From positions 86,368,001 through 86,432,000 of the forward strand of contig NW_024704743.1 in assembly GCF_018977255.1 (NCBI RefSeq): a stretch of 64,000 nucleotides of DNA, read 5' to 3'. The position numbers and the translations under genes were made by a program. Below the pieces are notes generated by a model. The model was not told the origin of the DNA. It saw only the letters and a program-made list of their open reading frames with translations, and searched no databases. The stretch is from Callorhinchus milii. Lineage: Eukaryota. Below, in pieces: positions 50,860 to 63,932 of this stretch (position 1 is its first letter; every line of letters begins with the position of its first letter).

Positions 50860-52335
50860 TGATTAAATCACAAAATTGTATGAAGAAGGCCCTTTGGCCC
50901 ATCCAGACTAATCCCTCCAGAACACAAACCTACCCCACCACCCATCACAGCATCCAGATGTTTTTTAAATTAGCCCAGTGTTTTGGCCTCTACCACCTTT
51001 CTTCGCCACCTGTTCCGGTCATTGATTATCCTCTGCGAAAGAAAAACTTCCAGGTGTCTGTCCTGAAATTGCTCTTTGCAACTCTAAACCTATGCTCTCT
51101 TGTTCTACTTTCTTGTTGTATCCTAAAGTATTTATTTGGGTTTACTTTTTCAATCCCTTTTAAAATTGTATGCACTGCCATGAGATCCCCTCTGAAGTTG
51201 TCTTCTGTCAAGATTGGGGATCATCCTCATTGCTCTCCTGTGCACTGCCTCTAGGGCCTGAGCTTGCGGTGACCAGAACTGTATACGGTATTCAAGGTGC
51301 AAGATCCTTGCATTTATCTGTATTAAACTTCATCTGTCAGTTATCAGCCCATGTGCATACCCTATCAAGCATTCTTTGTAGGACCTTTGCTGTTTCCCCT
51401 GATTCCATAAATCTGTCCAACTTGATGTAATCTGCAAATGTAACAATCTTTCACCGGGTCTGCAAATCCAGGTCATAAATATCTTCGGTAAACAGAAGGG
51501 GTTCCAATACACACCCCTGAGGTTTAATACCCTCCCCATTTGACCTCGCTACCTTAAGAGAGACCCTCTGCTTGTGCTTCTTCTGATTGCACAGTTCCCC
51601 TCAAGTGATCAGAAAATGTAACTACAGTAGCTCCTACTACAAAAAAAGCCCCTATAATGCCAGTCGCTTATAGAATCATTGAGCATGTACCATAACAGTT
51701 ACTCACTCAAAATATCTAAAATGCACACACGTAATGAATAAAAGGAATATAAAATGGTCCCAGTACAGAGCCCTGAGTTATCCACTTATTACCTCTCCAG
51801 AGTGATCCAGCTCCCCTAATAACTATCCGTTACTTAATCTCCTTCAGCCAATGTTGAAGCCATGCCCATGTTTTGCTTTGGACATCCAGCGATATCAGTT
51901 TGTGAAGAAGTGTTTCAGGTGGTACTTTGTCAAATGCCTTTAGGATACCTAAGTACAGTAGATCATATATGGATTTCCATGGTCATTTTGGGATGTCGTC
52001 TCCTCAAAAAATCTATGAGGTTGGTCAGACAAGATCTATCCCTTCTGAACCCATATCATGTCTTGGGTTAGATATTTTTACACACAGAATCTTCCATTTT
52101 TTTCTGATGTTTGACTCCGTATATTTTCCAATTATTGAGGGCAGGTTAATGGGTGTATAGTTGCCAGGTATGGTTCCGTCATCTTTCTTGAATATGGAAA
52201 CCACATTTGTTTATTTCCAGTCTGTAGGAACCTCACCAGAGATGATTGACTCCCTCCTAATGTCTGTCAATGCTGCACAAATCTCCTGCCTTGTCTCCCT
52301 AAGTATTCTGGGGTACCGTTCATCTGAGAAGGGGG
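50860..52335 (-). mobile_element. CR1 LINE fragments (3' end plus RT region), degenerate
   Basis: ORF FRGDLMAVHTILKGIEKVNPNKYF...RTREHRFRV; RT-region remnants at 51750-52335. Confidence 0.8.
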
Positions 52336-53445
52336 GTGCAATGTTTTACTGTCCTCCATGTAGAAATCCCCAGGAAGTAGTTGGGTAATTGTGTGCTTTT
52401 GAATAGGTTGATTTATAGTACTGAAGTTGTTAAATGTTTTAAATGACGGAAGCAAGTTGGCAGTTTCCAACTAAAATGCAATTTTACAGTAAACCACAGG
52501 ATTCAGAAACATGATGCTTTTCTATTTTGCAAGCATGTGGGATTTGTATCTACTTCTATGTTACTGCTTATTCTCCAGTAAACTCCTGGTTTAAACTTTT
52601 ATTCAATTTTTCCTGAAATACCTATCTTTTGGTGTTGTTTAATCTATCTCTATGGGTGGTGCTTCTCCAAACACTCAAAGACAATGTAGCTTTGTGGTGT
52701 ATATAGATGGGGACTGAAAGAACATTTCATTGCTTGTCTCACCACCACTAAATAAACGTCCTCTCTGGCCAAATTGACTTATGAAGCAGTTTGTTGCTGT
52801 CATTTGTCAACCAGGAAAACAAAACAGGCTTGTGTAAATAATTTTTAAAAAGCACAGAGGTAATAACAGTGTGCATGGGGGATAAAGTTAAACTGGAGTT
52901 GTTTGGAAGTTTTTGCAGATACGCAAAACTAGAACTGTTGATTAACCGCAGACAATTATATTAGCAACCTAGAATTTGACAAAAGCAATTTATATTTTGA
53001 TTTTCTCTTAGCTAACATAAAAATACAAGTTTTTGAAACGTTGCTGTTTCCAGATTGGTCTGTGTTTCACTTTCTTGACTTTTTCGCAGTATCTATCATT
53101 TGTAATTAAACCCATGACTGTGCAGCTCTTTCACATTCAACATCTTAAAATAAAACTGCTTTAAAGTTATGACTGAATTCACAATTTGCCAAATTCTGCA
53201 CACACTTAAATGAGATATAAATAGAGTAAATCTAGGCCCAGGTTTAATTTCTCCCCCTATCTGTTCAGGCAATCTGTTCAGACATTAATAATTTTATTGG
53301 TTGTGGCTCCAAGTCCCACTTCGGGACTTTGGTCTTATAGTCTAACTTAATTACTCAATGCAGTGCTGGAGGAAGAAATGCATTATTAGAGGAGTCATCC
53401 TATAGATGAGACATTAAACCAAGGTGTCCACATGTGCATTAAAGA

Positions 53446-54130
53446 TCATAGAATCATAGAATTATACAGCACAGAAGGAGGCCATTTGGCCCATTGTGTC
53501 TGTGCCAGCTTTTTGAAAAGAGCGATCCAAATCAATCTCACTCCCCCACTCTCTCCCCATTGCCCCGCAAATTTGTCCTCCCCAAATAATTATCTACTTC
53601 GCTCTTAAAAGTTGTTATTGAATCAGCTTCCACCACCCTTTCAGGCAATGCATTCCAGATCCGAACAATTCGCTGTGTGAATAAATGTCTCCTCACTTCC
53701 CCTCTGTTTCTTTCAACAACTATTTTAAATCGATGTCCTCAGGTTAACGACCCACCCGTCAGTGGAAATAGTTTCCCTTTGTTCACCCTATCAAAATCCC
53801 TCATAATTTTGAAAACTTCTATTAAGTCTCCTCTTAATCTTTTCTGCTCCAAGGAGAATAATCCTAGCTTCTCTGGTCTCTCCTGATAACTGAAGTCCCT
53901 CATTCCTGGTACCATCCTGGTAAATCTCCTTTGCACCCTCTCCAATGCCTTAATATCCTTCCTAAAGTGTGGTGCCCAGAACTGAACACAGTACTCTAAC
54001 TGAGGCCTAACCAGTGTTTTATAATGGTTCATCATAATTTCCTGACTTTTATATTCTATGCCCCTATTTGTAAAGCCTAGTATCCCTTATGCTTTTTCAA
54101 CAGCTTTATCTACCTGTCCTGCTACCTTCT
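53446..54130 (-). mobile_element. CR1 LINE 3' end, well preserved
   Basis: (catagaat)n tail; [43 protein letters not shown]. Confidence 0.92.
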
Positions 54131-54398
54131 AGACATCTCAAAGGGCTTCACAGAACATACTGTAAAGTGAATTGACTATATATTTGTGGGTGAAACACGG
54201 CAGTCAATTGTGTACAGCAGTCCCCACAAACAGTCTTGGACTGAAGTGATCAATTTATTATTCTTTTGTCTTTCTTGAGGAATTATTCTCAGGTGTGTGG
54301 AGTAAGGAAACTTGCCGAAGGTTTCACACTGCCGGGATTCAAATCCAGGTCTCTCGCTTTCAAGGTGAGTGCTCTAACCACTGAGCTACAGGACTCCA
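54128..54398 (-). mobile_element. tRNA-SINE, short variant, 3'-truncated
   Basis: Head ctctaaccactgagctacaggactcc. Confidence 0.85.
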
Positions 54399-54650
54399 CA
54401 CTGTTCCTTCATCCCTTTAAGATTCTATCATCTAGCTTATATTGCCAGATGCCACCAATTGAAAAGAGAAGGGAGCTTCTCCCAATGTCCTGGCCAACAA
54501 TCCCGCAGCTAAAGTTGGTCTGTGGCTGCCGCATTTCGCCCAAGAATACACAGTGTCTACATTTTACATTTAAAATCCTATGAAGTTCTTTAAAAAATTT
54601 TGAGAACAAGCTACATCAAATGCAAGAATTATTCTTATTTACTTGGCACA

Positions 54651-54965
54651 ATAAATAATAATAATAATAATAATCCTTGCATTTGATATAGCGCTTTTCA
54701 ATGACGTCCCAAAGCGCTTCACAGAACACAGTAAAGTGAATTGACTGTATATTTGTGGGCGGACGCAGCAGCCAATTGCCACAGCAATGTCCTACAAACA
54801 GTCGTAGATTGAAAATGACCAATTTATTATTGTTTTTGGTTTTGGAGGGATTATTATTAGATGTGTGGAGTAAGGAAACTTGCCCAAGGTTTCGCCCTGC
54901 CTGGAATTGAACTCAGGTCTCTCACTTGCAAAGCGAGTGCTCTAACCACTGAGCTACAGGACTCC
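54651..54965 (-). mobile_element. Young tRNA-SINE, short variant, full length
   Basis: Near-consensus copy. Confidence 0.9.
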
Positions 54966-55700
54966 ACAAAGGCCATTACCCCAGTTTAGTGTCATTAAGA
55001 ATCGCAAATTCCCAGTTTACACAGTGAGGTGCTCCTTCCCCAGATATCACTGCAGCCCCTGAACCTTCACCGCACTTTGTGTAAGATGTGCAACGCTCAT
55101 CAAATATGACGAATAAGAAGGATATTTTGCTTCAAAATTATACAAAAATTTATGGCTGATCTTAATAAATTATTTATTTGAAAATTCTACATGCGTAGCT
55201 TAATAAATGGAATTTTATTAACTCACTCGTCTTGATAGTTTAAATGTCTTTCAGATTGTCAATGGTGAGTTCAAATGTATCATCTGACCCTGCTGTTATC
55301 AACAGGTACAGGGCAAAGAACAGAATTAAGTCAGAGCTTCTCTCTGTCAACATCGTACAAGACAATAGATAGCTTCTGTGCTGAGCAAAGGCAGAGACAC
55401 AAGTCTAAAAATGCTCCAGACTTTTTCTGCTATGTTATTACATTTCAGTAAGATAAATGTACTGTTTTTATCAACAGTCTCAAACTCCAGGTCACTGCAT
55501 GGATAAAGCTTCACTCAGCTGACAAGGCAAAGCGTATTTGAGGGGAACTCAGGTTCCATATTTTTTAAATAAGTTATTACCATTTACTATAATTTTAACA
55601 ATGCAACAAATGGCCCCAACCTGTCCCAACACCAACATGTGTGATTGTCCAATGTAACTAGTCTTGAAACAAGAACTGAACAATTAGACAGCTTTTCAGA

Positions 55701-56402
55701 TAATAATAATAATCCTTGCATTTGATATGGAGTCCTGTAGCTCAGTGGTTAGAGCACTCGCTTTGCAAGTGAGAGACCCGAGTTCAATTCCAGGCAGGGA
55801 GAAACCTTGGGCAAGTTTCCTTACTCCACACGCCTAATAATAATCCCTCCAAAACAAAACAATAATAAATTGGTCAATTTCAATCTACGCCTGTTTGTGG
55901 GACACTGCTGTGCGCAATTGGCTGCCGCGTTCGCTCACAAATATACAGTCAATTCACTTTACAGTATATTCTGTGAAGCGCTTTGAGACGTCTAGAAGAC
56001 GTGAAAAGCGCTATATCAAAATGCAAGGATTATTATTATATCAAATGCAACGATTATTATTATTATTATAGCGCTTTATCACTTCTTCGAGACATCTCAA
56101 AGCGGGTCACAGAATATACTGTAAAGTGAATTGACTATATTTTATGGATGAAACGTGACAGCAAATTGTACACAGTAGTGTACCACAAACAATCATGGAT
56201 TGAGTGACCAATTTTTTTTAAAGAAAGTATTACCCCCAGAAAAGCGATTCGCCAATCGTCTAACAACCGGTTCCTACTTACTGCTAGGTAATCAGAGGCA
56301 TATGGAGTAAGGAAACTTGCCTAAAGTTGCGCCCTGCCGGGAATCAAACCCAGGTTTCTCACTTATGGGGTGAGAGCTCTAACCACTGAGCTCCAGGACA
56401 CC
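55701..56402 (-). mobile_element. tRNA-SINE, long variant, split by the + strand SINE
   Basis: Tail piece at 55701-55728; the body resumes at ~56068 (atagcgctttatcac) and runs to the head at 56402. Confidence 0.85.
55729..56067 (+). mobile_element. Young tRNA-SINE, short variant, with duplicated tail
   Basis: Near-consensus copy; tail atatcaaatgcaa.gattattatt occurs twice. Confidence 0.9.
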
Positions 56403-56505
56403 ACAATATTATAAAAAGCAGATTCTTTTTTTCATCAAAGACAGCAGCTTTCTTTTGAGTTTTTATTTCCCTCCAATTGCCCCCCTCTGTTCTCCTGCTC
56501 AGGTA

Positions 56506-57861
56506 CAACAACAACAACAACAACAAGATTCCATTTATAAAGCGCCTTTCACGTCAGGAGGACGTCCCAAAGCGCTGCACAGTTGGGTCATGACCCGAGC
56601 AGGGGGGAAAATGGTCAGGGTGACGGGAGGGAAGGGAGGGAGCAAGGAGGGGGAAGAGAGTCGAGAGGGGAGCTGAAGGCTCGGTCAAAGAGAAAGGTTT
56701 TGAGACCGGCCTTGAAGGAGGAGAGGGAGGAAGCGGCGAAGGCACTGGGGGATAGAGTTCCAGAGCCTCGGGGCTGAGAGGCTGAAAGCCCGACCACCGA
56801 TGGTAGGGCGATTGGGGCGGGGGACATGGAGCAGACCGGAGCCAGAGGAACGGAGGGTACGGGCAGGTAGGTAGGGGGATAGTAGATTGGAGAGGTAGGA
56901 GGGAGCGAGGCCGTGAATGGCCTTGTAGGTGAGGATGAGGATCTTGAAATCAATCCTCTGGGGGATGGGGAGCCAGTGGAGGCGAGCGAGGGTGGGACTG
57001 ATGTGGTCCCGAAGCCTGGTGCGGGACAGTACACGAGCTGCAGAGTTCTGAATGACCTGCAGCTTGTGGAGGGAGGTGGCGGGAAGGCCGGCGAGGAGAG
57101 AGTTCCCATAGTCCAGCCTTGAGGTGACAAAGGCGTGAACCAGGGTTTCAGCAGCGTGAGGGGTGAGGTAATGCCGTAGTCTGGCGATGTTCCGGAGGTG
57201 ATGGAAGGCGGTGCCAGTTGTGGTGCGGATGTGGGGAAGAAAGGACAGCTCAGGGTCGAACAAAACGCCGAGGTTCCTGACTGGCTTTGAGAGGTGGAGA
57301 GTGCAGCCTTGGATGCTGATGGTGTCGGCGCCTGAGGTGCGGAGGCGCTGACGTGAGCCAATCAGGAGGGCCTCGGTTTTTCGTACGTTGAGCTGAAGAA
57401 AGTTGTCTCTCGTCCAGGACTCGATGTCGGACAGGCAGGCTGTCAGGACATCGGTGGTCGTGGAGTTGAGAGTAGAGGAGGAAAGTTAGAGTTGGGTGTC
57501 ATCCGCATACATGTGGAAGTTAACTCCATGTCTGCGGATGATGTCACCAAGGGGGAGCATATAGAGGGTGAAGAGGAGGGGACCGAGGACAGAGCCCTGA
57601 GGGACACCACATGAGACAGTACGGGGGGTGGAGGAGAAGCCATTCGTCGAGACAAAGTGAAGACGGTGAGAAAGGTACGACCTAAACCATTCAAGGACAG
57701 TGCCTTGAAGGTTGAGGTGGGAGGACAAGCGGTGGAGTAGGATAGCGTGGTCGACCGAATCGAATGCTGCCGATAGGTCGAGGAGGACGAGGAGGCAGAG
57801 GGAGCCCTGGTCACAGATGGTCAGGATATCATTGGTGACCTTGACCAGGGCAGTTTCTGTA
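56506..57861 (-). mobile_element. Young 5'-truncated L2 LINE (RT C-terminal half and 3' UTR)
   Basis: [60 protein letters not shown] motifs; (caa)n tail. Confidence 0.95.
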
Positions 57862-59095
57862 TAGGTATAGGTATGTGTCCAAAGGCCGCTCACATAGTGC
57901 ACCTCTTTGTGTTCTTAGCCAGTGAATTTCGGCAACGCAACCCTTTTATCACAAGAGAAAGGCCTTCATCCTAACATAAGTGAATGGTAATATTTTCAGA
58001 CACTAAGGAATTATATGGTAATATTACCATTAACATTAGTGTATGGTAATATTTGCACTTGGCTTAAGCAATTTATAGTAAATTCTGTGAAGCTCTTTGA
58101 GTCATCCTCCTGATGAGAAAAGCATGGAAGACATCAAGTGCAAGAATTATTTTTATAGAATTACTATCCTTAGATTTTTGAACAACCATAATACTGAATC
58201 CAGGGAATCATCCCCTTCCTTCCTCCCCATCCCAGCCTCCATGTAACAAACCTTCCCAGGAATTCTGTGTTCCATTGCTGCTGCTACCAATCAGAGAGTT
58301 CTGTATTGAGTTGGAATCCTCTTTTTTAAGCTGCTATTTAAAAACAAAACTGGCATACCCAAGGTCCAAGATCTTTTCAAACCATAAACACAAGCAAATC
58401 CATTTGTTTGATGCAAATATACCATTATGGCACATATAGCTTCTCAACAGTTACTTTGATTTTGTAAAGTTTATAATTTCTGTCCATGCAATCCATCATA
58501 CTCTGGACAGATTAGATACTGTCTAATGTGCATTGATTATCAAACTCCTGTTGTATAAATGAAAAGTACTGTAAATCATCTTTGTGAGCATTGCAAAGCT
58601 CATCTGCTTCAATTAGTAACAGCAGAGATAGCTTTCGAGTCAAAACAATGATAACAGTGCAACCGGTTTTAGGTACCACACACAAACTCTAATGATGAAT
58701 GATCTATGGTGAAGGGTGGGCAAGGCTCAAATGCTCCTCAACTGGAGTGAGATTGAGTCTGAAGGAAACTCTGTATAGGATCATAGGAAACAAGGATCTA
58801 CTGGGACAAAGAAAAAGTCCACTGCTAGCTTCTCAGACTTCAACACTGACAGCGGTGTTGAAACAGAGAGGGTCCACAATGCAAATATTCAGGTCTACTC
58901 AGACAATAGTAGAAGAAAGGAAATCTTTCTCAAATGAATAACAGAGTTAAGCTGGCTCCCCACAAACCAACAAATCCAATGGCAATTGTAGATGGTTTCT
59001 GGGTCAACGAATGAGGCTAAATTAGAGGGATGGTCAAGCTCACTGGCAGACATCAATAGGGTGGATATTTTGGTAATATGATAATTATTACTTGT

Positions 59096-60077
59096 GGAGT
59101 CTTGTAGCTCAGTGATTAGAGTACTCGCCTCACAAGTGAGAGACGTGGGTTCAATTCACGGCAGGGCAAAATGTTGGGCAAGTTTCCTTACTCCGCAGGC
59201 CTCTGTTTACCTAGCAGTAAGTAGGAACCTGGTTGTTCAACTATGCAATACTCAAGGCTCGACTATGCAAACTCACTGCTTGTCAGCCTCCCCAACTCCT
59301 CCCTCCACAGGCTGCAGATCATCCAGAACTCTGCAGCCTGTGTCCTCTCCCGCACTAGGCTCCATGACCCTATCACCCCCATCCTTGCCTGACTCCACTG
59401 GCTTCCCATCACACAGAGGGTACAGTTCAAGATCCTGGTCCTCACCTTCAAAGCCCTGCATGGTCTTGGTTCCCCCTACCTCTCCGACCTCCTAATCCCC
59501 TTCCACCCTGTTTGCTCCCTCCGCTCAGTGGGTTCCGGCCTGCTTCACGTCACCCGCCTTGCTCGCCCCACTATCAGTGGGCGGGCCTTCTGCCACTCTG
59601 CACCCACCCTCCGGATCTTCATCCAGCAGTCCCTCAGTCTCGACCCCTCCTCCACCACCTTCAAGACCAACCTCAAGACCCTCCTCTTCGACCGTGCTTT
59701 TGTTCTCCCTGCTTTCCCCCCTGCCCTCCACACTCCCCCAACCCGACCCTCAGCTTGGGTCTGTAACTCTGTCTGTCCAGCGCCTTGGGACGTCCTCCCG
59801 ACAGGAAAGGCACAATACAAATGTAATTTTTGTTGTTGTTGTCAGTAGTAGTTTGGCAGATCTCTTCCGGGGGTAATAATCCCTTAAAAAAAAATAATAA
59901 TAATTTGGTCACTCAATCAACGACTGTTTGTGGGACACCGCTCTGCGTAATTTGCTGCCACGTTTCGCCCACAAAATATACATTCAATTCACTTTACAGT
60001 ATATTCCGTGAAGTGTTTTGAGACATCTCAAAGATGTGATAAGGTGTTATGTCAAATGTAAGGATTATTATTATTAC
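59096..60077 (+). mobile_element. tRNA-SINE, long variant, interrupted by L2
   Basis: Head at 59096-59237; remainder at 59841-60077. Confidence 0.85.
59255..59841 (+). mobile_element. L2 LINE 3' fragment (second subfamily)
   Basis: PTISGRAFCHSAP..FKTNLKTLLFDRAF; (ttg)n tail. Confidence 0.9.
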
Positions 60078-60144
60078 TTACCATAATTATGGATAATATC
60101 CACATGTCAGAATTTTTACCTTAAACGCTCTTAATATCCAGAGG

Positions 60145-60960
60145 ACTACAGGATCACAAGCTTAGTTCAAGTGAGGAAAGTGTTTTAGCCCATTTGATAG
60201 CAATGTTTTCCACCCTAACAAAGGCTTCAAGCTGTTTTTAAATGAGTCCTGTATCCTGAATTTAACTACCTGGTACCCAGTAATCTGTTTCAGTCATTAA
60301 TTACTCTTTGGATGAAGAAATATTTCCCGGTATCTGTCCCTTAAATTGTCCTTTGCAACTGTAAACCCGTGTCCTCTTGTTCTGCTCTCGGGGTGCACCT
60401 AAAACTATTTTACAAGGTTTAGTTTCTCAATCCATTTACAATATTACAATATGGTCACTTTCTGAGATGTCTGCTATCAAGATTGAAGAGCTTCTTCTTC
60501 TAGGAATAGCTCATTCCTCTAACACTGGGAATCGTCCTTGTTGCTCTCCTCTGCATTGCTTGTTGGACCCGGTTAACCACCTACTGTGGCTTGACCAAAA
60601 TTGTATGAAGTATTCTAGATGCAGCCTGACTAGAGCAACATGTAGCTTGAATATGATCTGGATTTTAAAATCAATGTCTTTAATAACGTAGCCCGGTATT
60701 CTGTTTGCCTTGTTTATTGCTGCTTCACACTGTTTGACATGATGAGTGAAGAGTCAACTGACACCCATAGATCTTTTTCAGCTTCTCCCTTGGAAAATTC
60801 TATCCCATCCATGTGTTTCCTATTCTTACTTTCTATATGTTGTAACTTGCCTTTGTCTGCAATGAACTTCATTCGCCAGTTATCAATTAGAGAGGAGCTC
60901 TCCATAGGGTAAGATCTTACATCCTTTGACATTTCTAATTTGACTGATTTGTTACTGAAC
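60145..60960 (-). mobile_element. CR1 LINE 3' fragment, degenerate
   Basis: ORF contains DNWRMKFIADK..EKDLWVSVDSSL. Confidence 0.75.
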
Positions 60961-61694
60961 CATTTACAAAGCATTTGACACTTCATATTGCGATACACAA
61001 AAACCAGCTACTGAAAATTAAACTTGCAAATTATAGCATACATTTTCGGATCTATTCGCTTTTTAATGTTCTCAGAAGCTCCTTTTAAAATTCTGGCTGC
61101 ATTCATAGCCAGCTTATTAATGGTTCCTCAAACTCTGGGCAAAGGAAAAGAGCAGAGAAACCAGTTGAGATTCCTGCTCCTGATCACTATCTTATGAAAC
61201 CCCAACACTAATGGAGGTACCCATGTGTGGACTTTAGGTGAGGGCAGGATTGAGAGCAGGATATGCTATCCATTGCATTCAAACAGCCTACTACCTCTCA
61301 GACAATGCTCACACATCAATAACAGGCATTTGAAGAAAGAACAGGAGAGAAACCAGCCCTAGTGGGAAAATATCCTTATGAAAGGAAAGAGGAGAAGACA
61401 ATTGTTGTTAATGACCTATGCCTGAAGAAACTTTAATTTCAGAAGTTATGCAATTTTAATTCTCACCAATGTTCTCCCTTCTTCTCCTTTTCTGAAAAGA
61501 TTTGAACTTCTAGTTGAGTTTCAGCATCTCACCCTAGTGTTAATTATTTACGTGAGTATTGACATTACAGCCAGCAGGTTATTCAACAATGAAGAGAGTG
61601 AGTATTGCAGCTGAGCTCAATCTTGTCCGCCTCTTCAGTGTCCACATACATGCACCTAGAGCATCGGATACTCGACAAAGACAAGGAATGGGAA

Positions 61695-61960
61695 TTTTGT
61701 CCCCTGCTCTACCCGCCCACCATCAGAAGTTTCAACCTTTCTGCCCCAATTCTCTGGAATCCATCCATGAGTCTCTCCAACTCGCTATCTCCCTCACCTT
61801 ATCCAAGGTTCATCGCAAGACCTACCTCTTTTTGGTTATCTTTCCCCTCCCCACCCCTGTCTTCAACATCACCAGTTTGGGTGCCCAGTCAGTACAGCCA
61901 GTAAGCACTTGGGAATATCCTCCTGATGTGAAAGACGCTATATAAATTTAAATTTGTCTT
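61695..61960 (+). mobile_element. Degenerate L2 3' fragment
   Basis: PTIRSFNLSAPILWN; tail ttgggaatatcctcctgatgtgaaagacgctatataaa. Confidence 0.7.
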
Positions 61961-63344
61961 GTATCAGTTAACTGTGACTGAATGTGGATCAAAACTAATG
62001 GCTCAGCTACAGAATGAATAAAATCATCAGGATTATGATAATAAATAATAAATAAATAATTACAATAAATAATTGTATCGTATTTGATATAGCAAAGCAT
62101 ATTTCAAAGCAGTTTACAGGATTTACTCTACAGTGTAGTGGCCCTGTATTTTTAGGCGATAACATCTATTTTGGAATTAATTTCTCCTCAGTTTGAGTTT
62201 CTTCAGTTACTTCACAAAATGTTTCAGGAACATGTGCCAAAAAGAATTGTGTTGTACTGAAACTTCCGACAAAATATACAACAGGACTGTCCAAACATAG
62301 TTGAATTCCCATGGCACCAATTGTTCCTAATACACAGTCCCACATAATTGAAGGATTCAGTGAAGCTTCTGTGTGGAGCTCACTGGTGGAGCCACATTGA
62401 CCAGGCTAACAGATTTTCATATGACCTTTCTTGCTTTTATAAACAAGGTCAGACCTCGTAAATACAGAAAGATTTTCAAACACTTTATTTGATTTTATAG
62501 GTTTTGTTAAGATTGATACACATTTGAGAGCTCTTTTTGAGTCAAACATTGAATGAAAGAAAAGCATAGTTTGATGGTTCCTGAGTATGGATTGGAAACT
62601 ATCAAGTTATTTACAGGAAACTACTAGAAGCTGCCTTTGACGTTACTTTCTAATACAAAATACATCTATAATTATCTATTTTTACCTCAATAACTTTTAC
62701 TTCAATAACTTCAAGATTGGTTGACCTTTTGCTAATTATTTGACTTTGGTCAAGTTTGCATGAGAGTTTATGAGTTACTTTGGTAATTATCTGATGATGC
62801 AATGCTGTTTCACTTTGATGAAATTCATTCAGTAAAGAAGAATTTGAAGCAATGGGATAAACCATCACACCATGTTGTCACAAAACTATATTAAATGCTG
62901 TCTCAGTATTACTGGAGTAAGTCTGAACATTAGCATCAAGTATTTAGAAGTATTTTAGAACATTAGCATCAAGTATTTCCTGTTAGCAGGAAATGAATCA
63001 TTGCCAATTGCAATTAAATAAACAGGCAGTTTTGTTCATTCATTACCTCAATGGCTCTTTTCCCAACCAGTCTTAATAATCCTACCTTATTGGATTTTGT
63101 TTCAAAACTAGACTCTAAATAGTAGACTTTTACAATCCAGCAAAAACAAAAGTGAAAATGGCCAGAGTAAAATGTTCATAAAAATATGTTTTAAACATTT
63201 AATGCAATATTTGAGGGTGCACTTAACATAAGTCAGAGTTTTGCAGGAATGTGGAAACAAATGTCTATCAATTATTTGGATAAAAACAGAGTTGACTTTG
63301 TTAAATGTTTGGTGAATTAAGATAGTTTCCATCACTTCGCTTCC

Positions 63345-63932
63345 CCTCAGCTGTATAAAGCAGTAGTCAGATCCCATCTGGAGTACCTCATTAAGTTTTG
63401 GGCACCACACCTCAGGAAAGATATATTAGCCCTGGATATGATGCAGCACAGGTTCAGCCAGAATGTTACCAGGCCTAAAAGGGTTAAGTTACAAGGAAAG
63501 GCTGCGTATTGTATTCCCTTGAGTTTAGATGGTTGAGGGGTGATTAGACTGAGATATTTAAGATGATAAAGAGATTCAATAGGGTAGATACAGAGAAGCT
63601 ATTTCCTCTGGTGGGGGAATCGAAAACTAGGGGACATTGTCTTAAAATTAGAAACTGACATTTTAAGAGTGAAATCAGGAAGTATTTTTTCACTCAAAGG
63701 GTGGTAGAAATCTGGAATTCTCTCCTCCAAAAGGCTGTGGATGCTGGATCCATCCACACCTTCAAGAGTGAGGTTGATAGATTTTTGGTAGGTCAGGGTA
63801 TCAAGGGATATGGGGAGAAAGTGAGAAATTGAAAGGATTATTTGAGGTATAGATCAACCATGATCTAATTAAATGGTAGAACAGGCTCGAAGGGCTGACT
63901 GGCCTACTCCTGTTCCTATATTCCTACGTTCC
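63345..63932 (+). mobile_element. CR1 LINE 3' end
   Basis: catctggagtac..ttttgggcaccacac..; end ggctcgaagggctgactggcctactcctgttcctat. Confidence 0.88.

Noticed and set aside
56615..57361. 248-aa Pro/Ser-rich ORF
   Set aside because: Alternative frame of the C-rich L2 ORF2.
62926..62978. 21-bp direct repeat gaacattagcatcaagtattt
   Set aside because: Ordinary small local duplication with no further structure.
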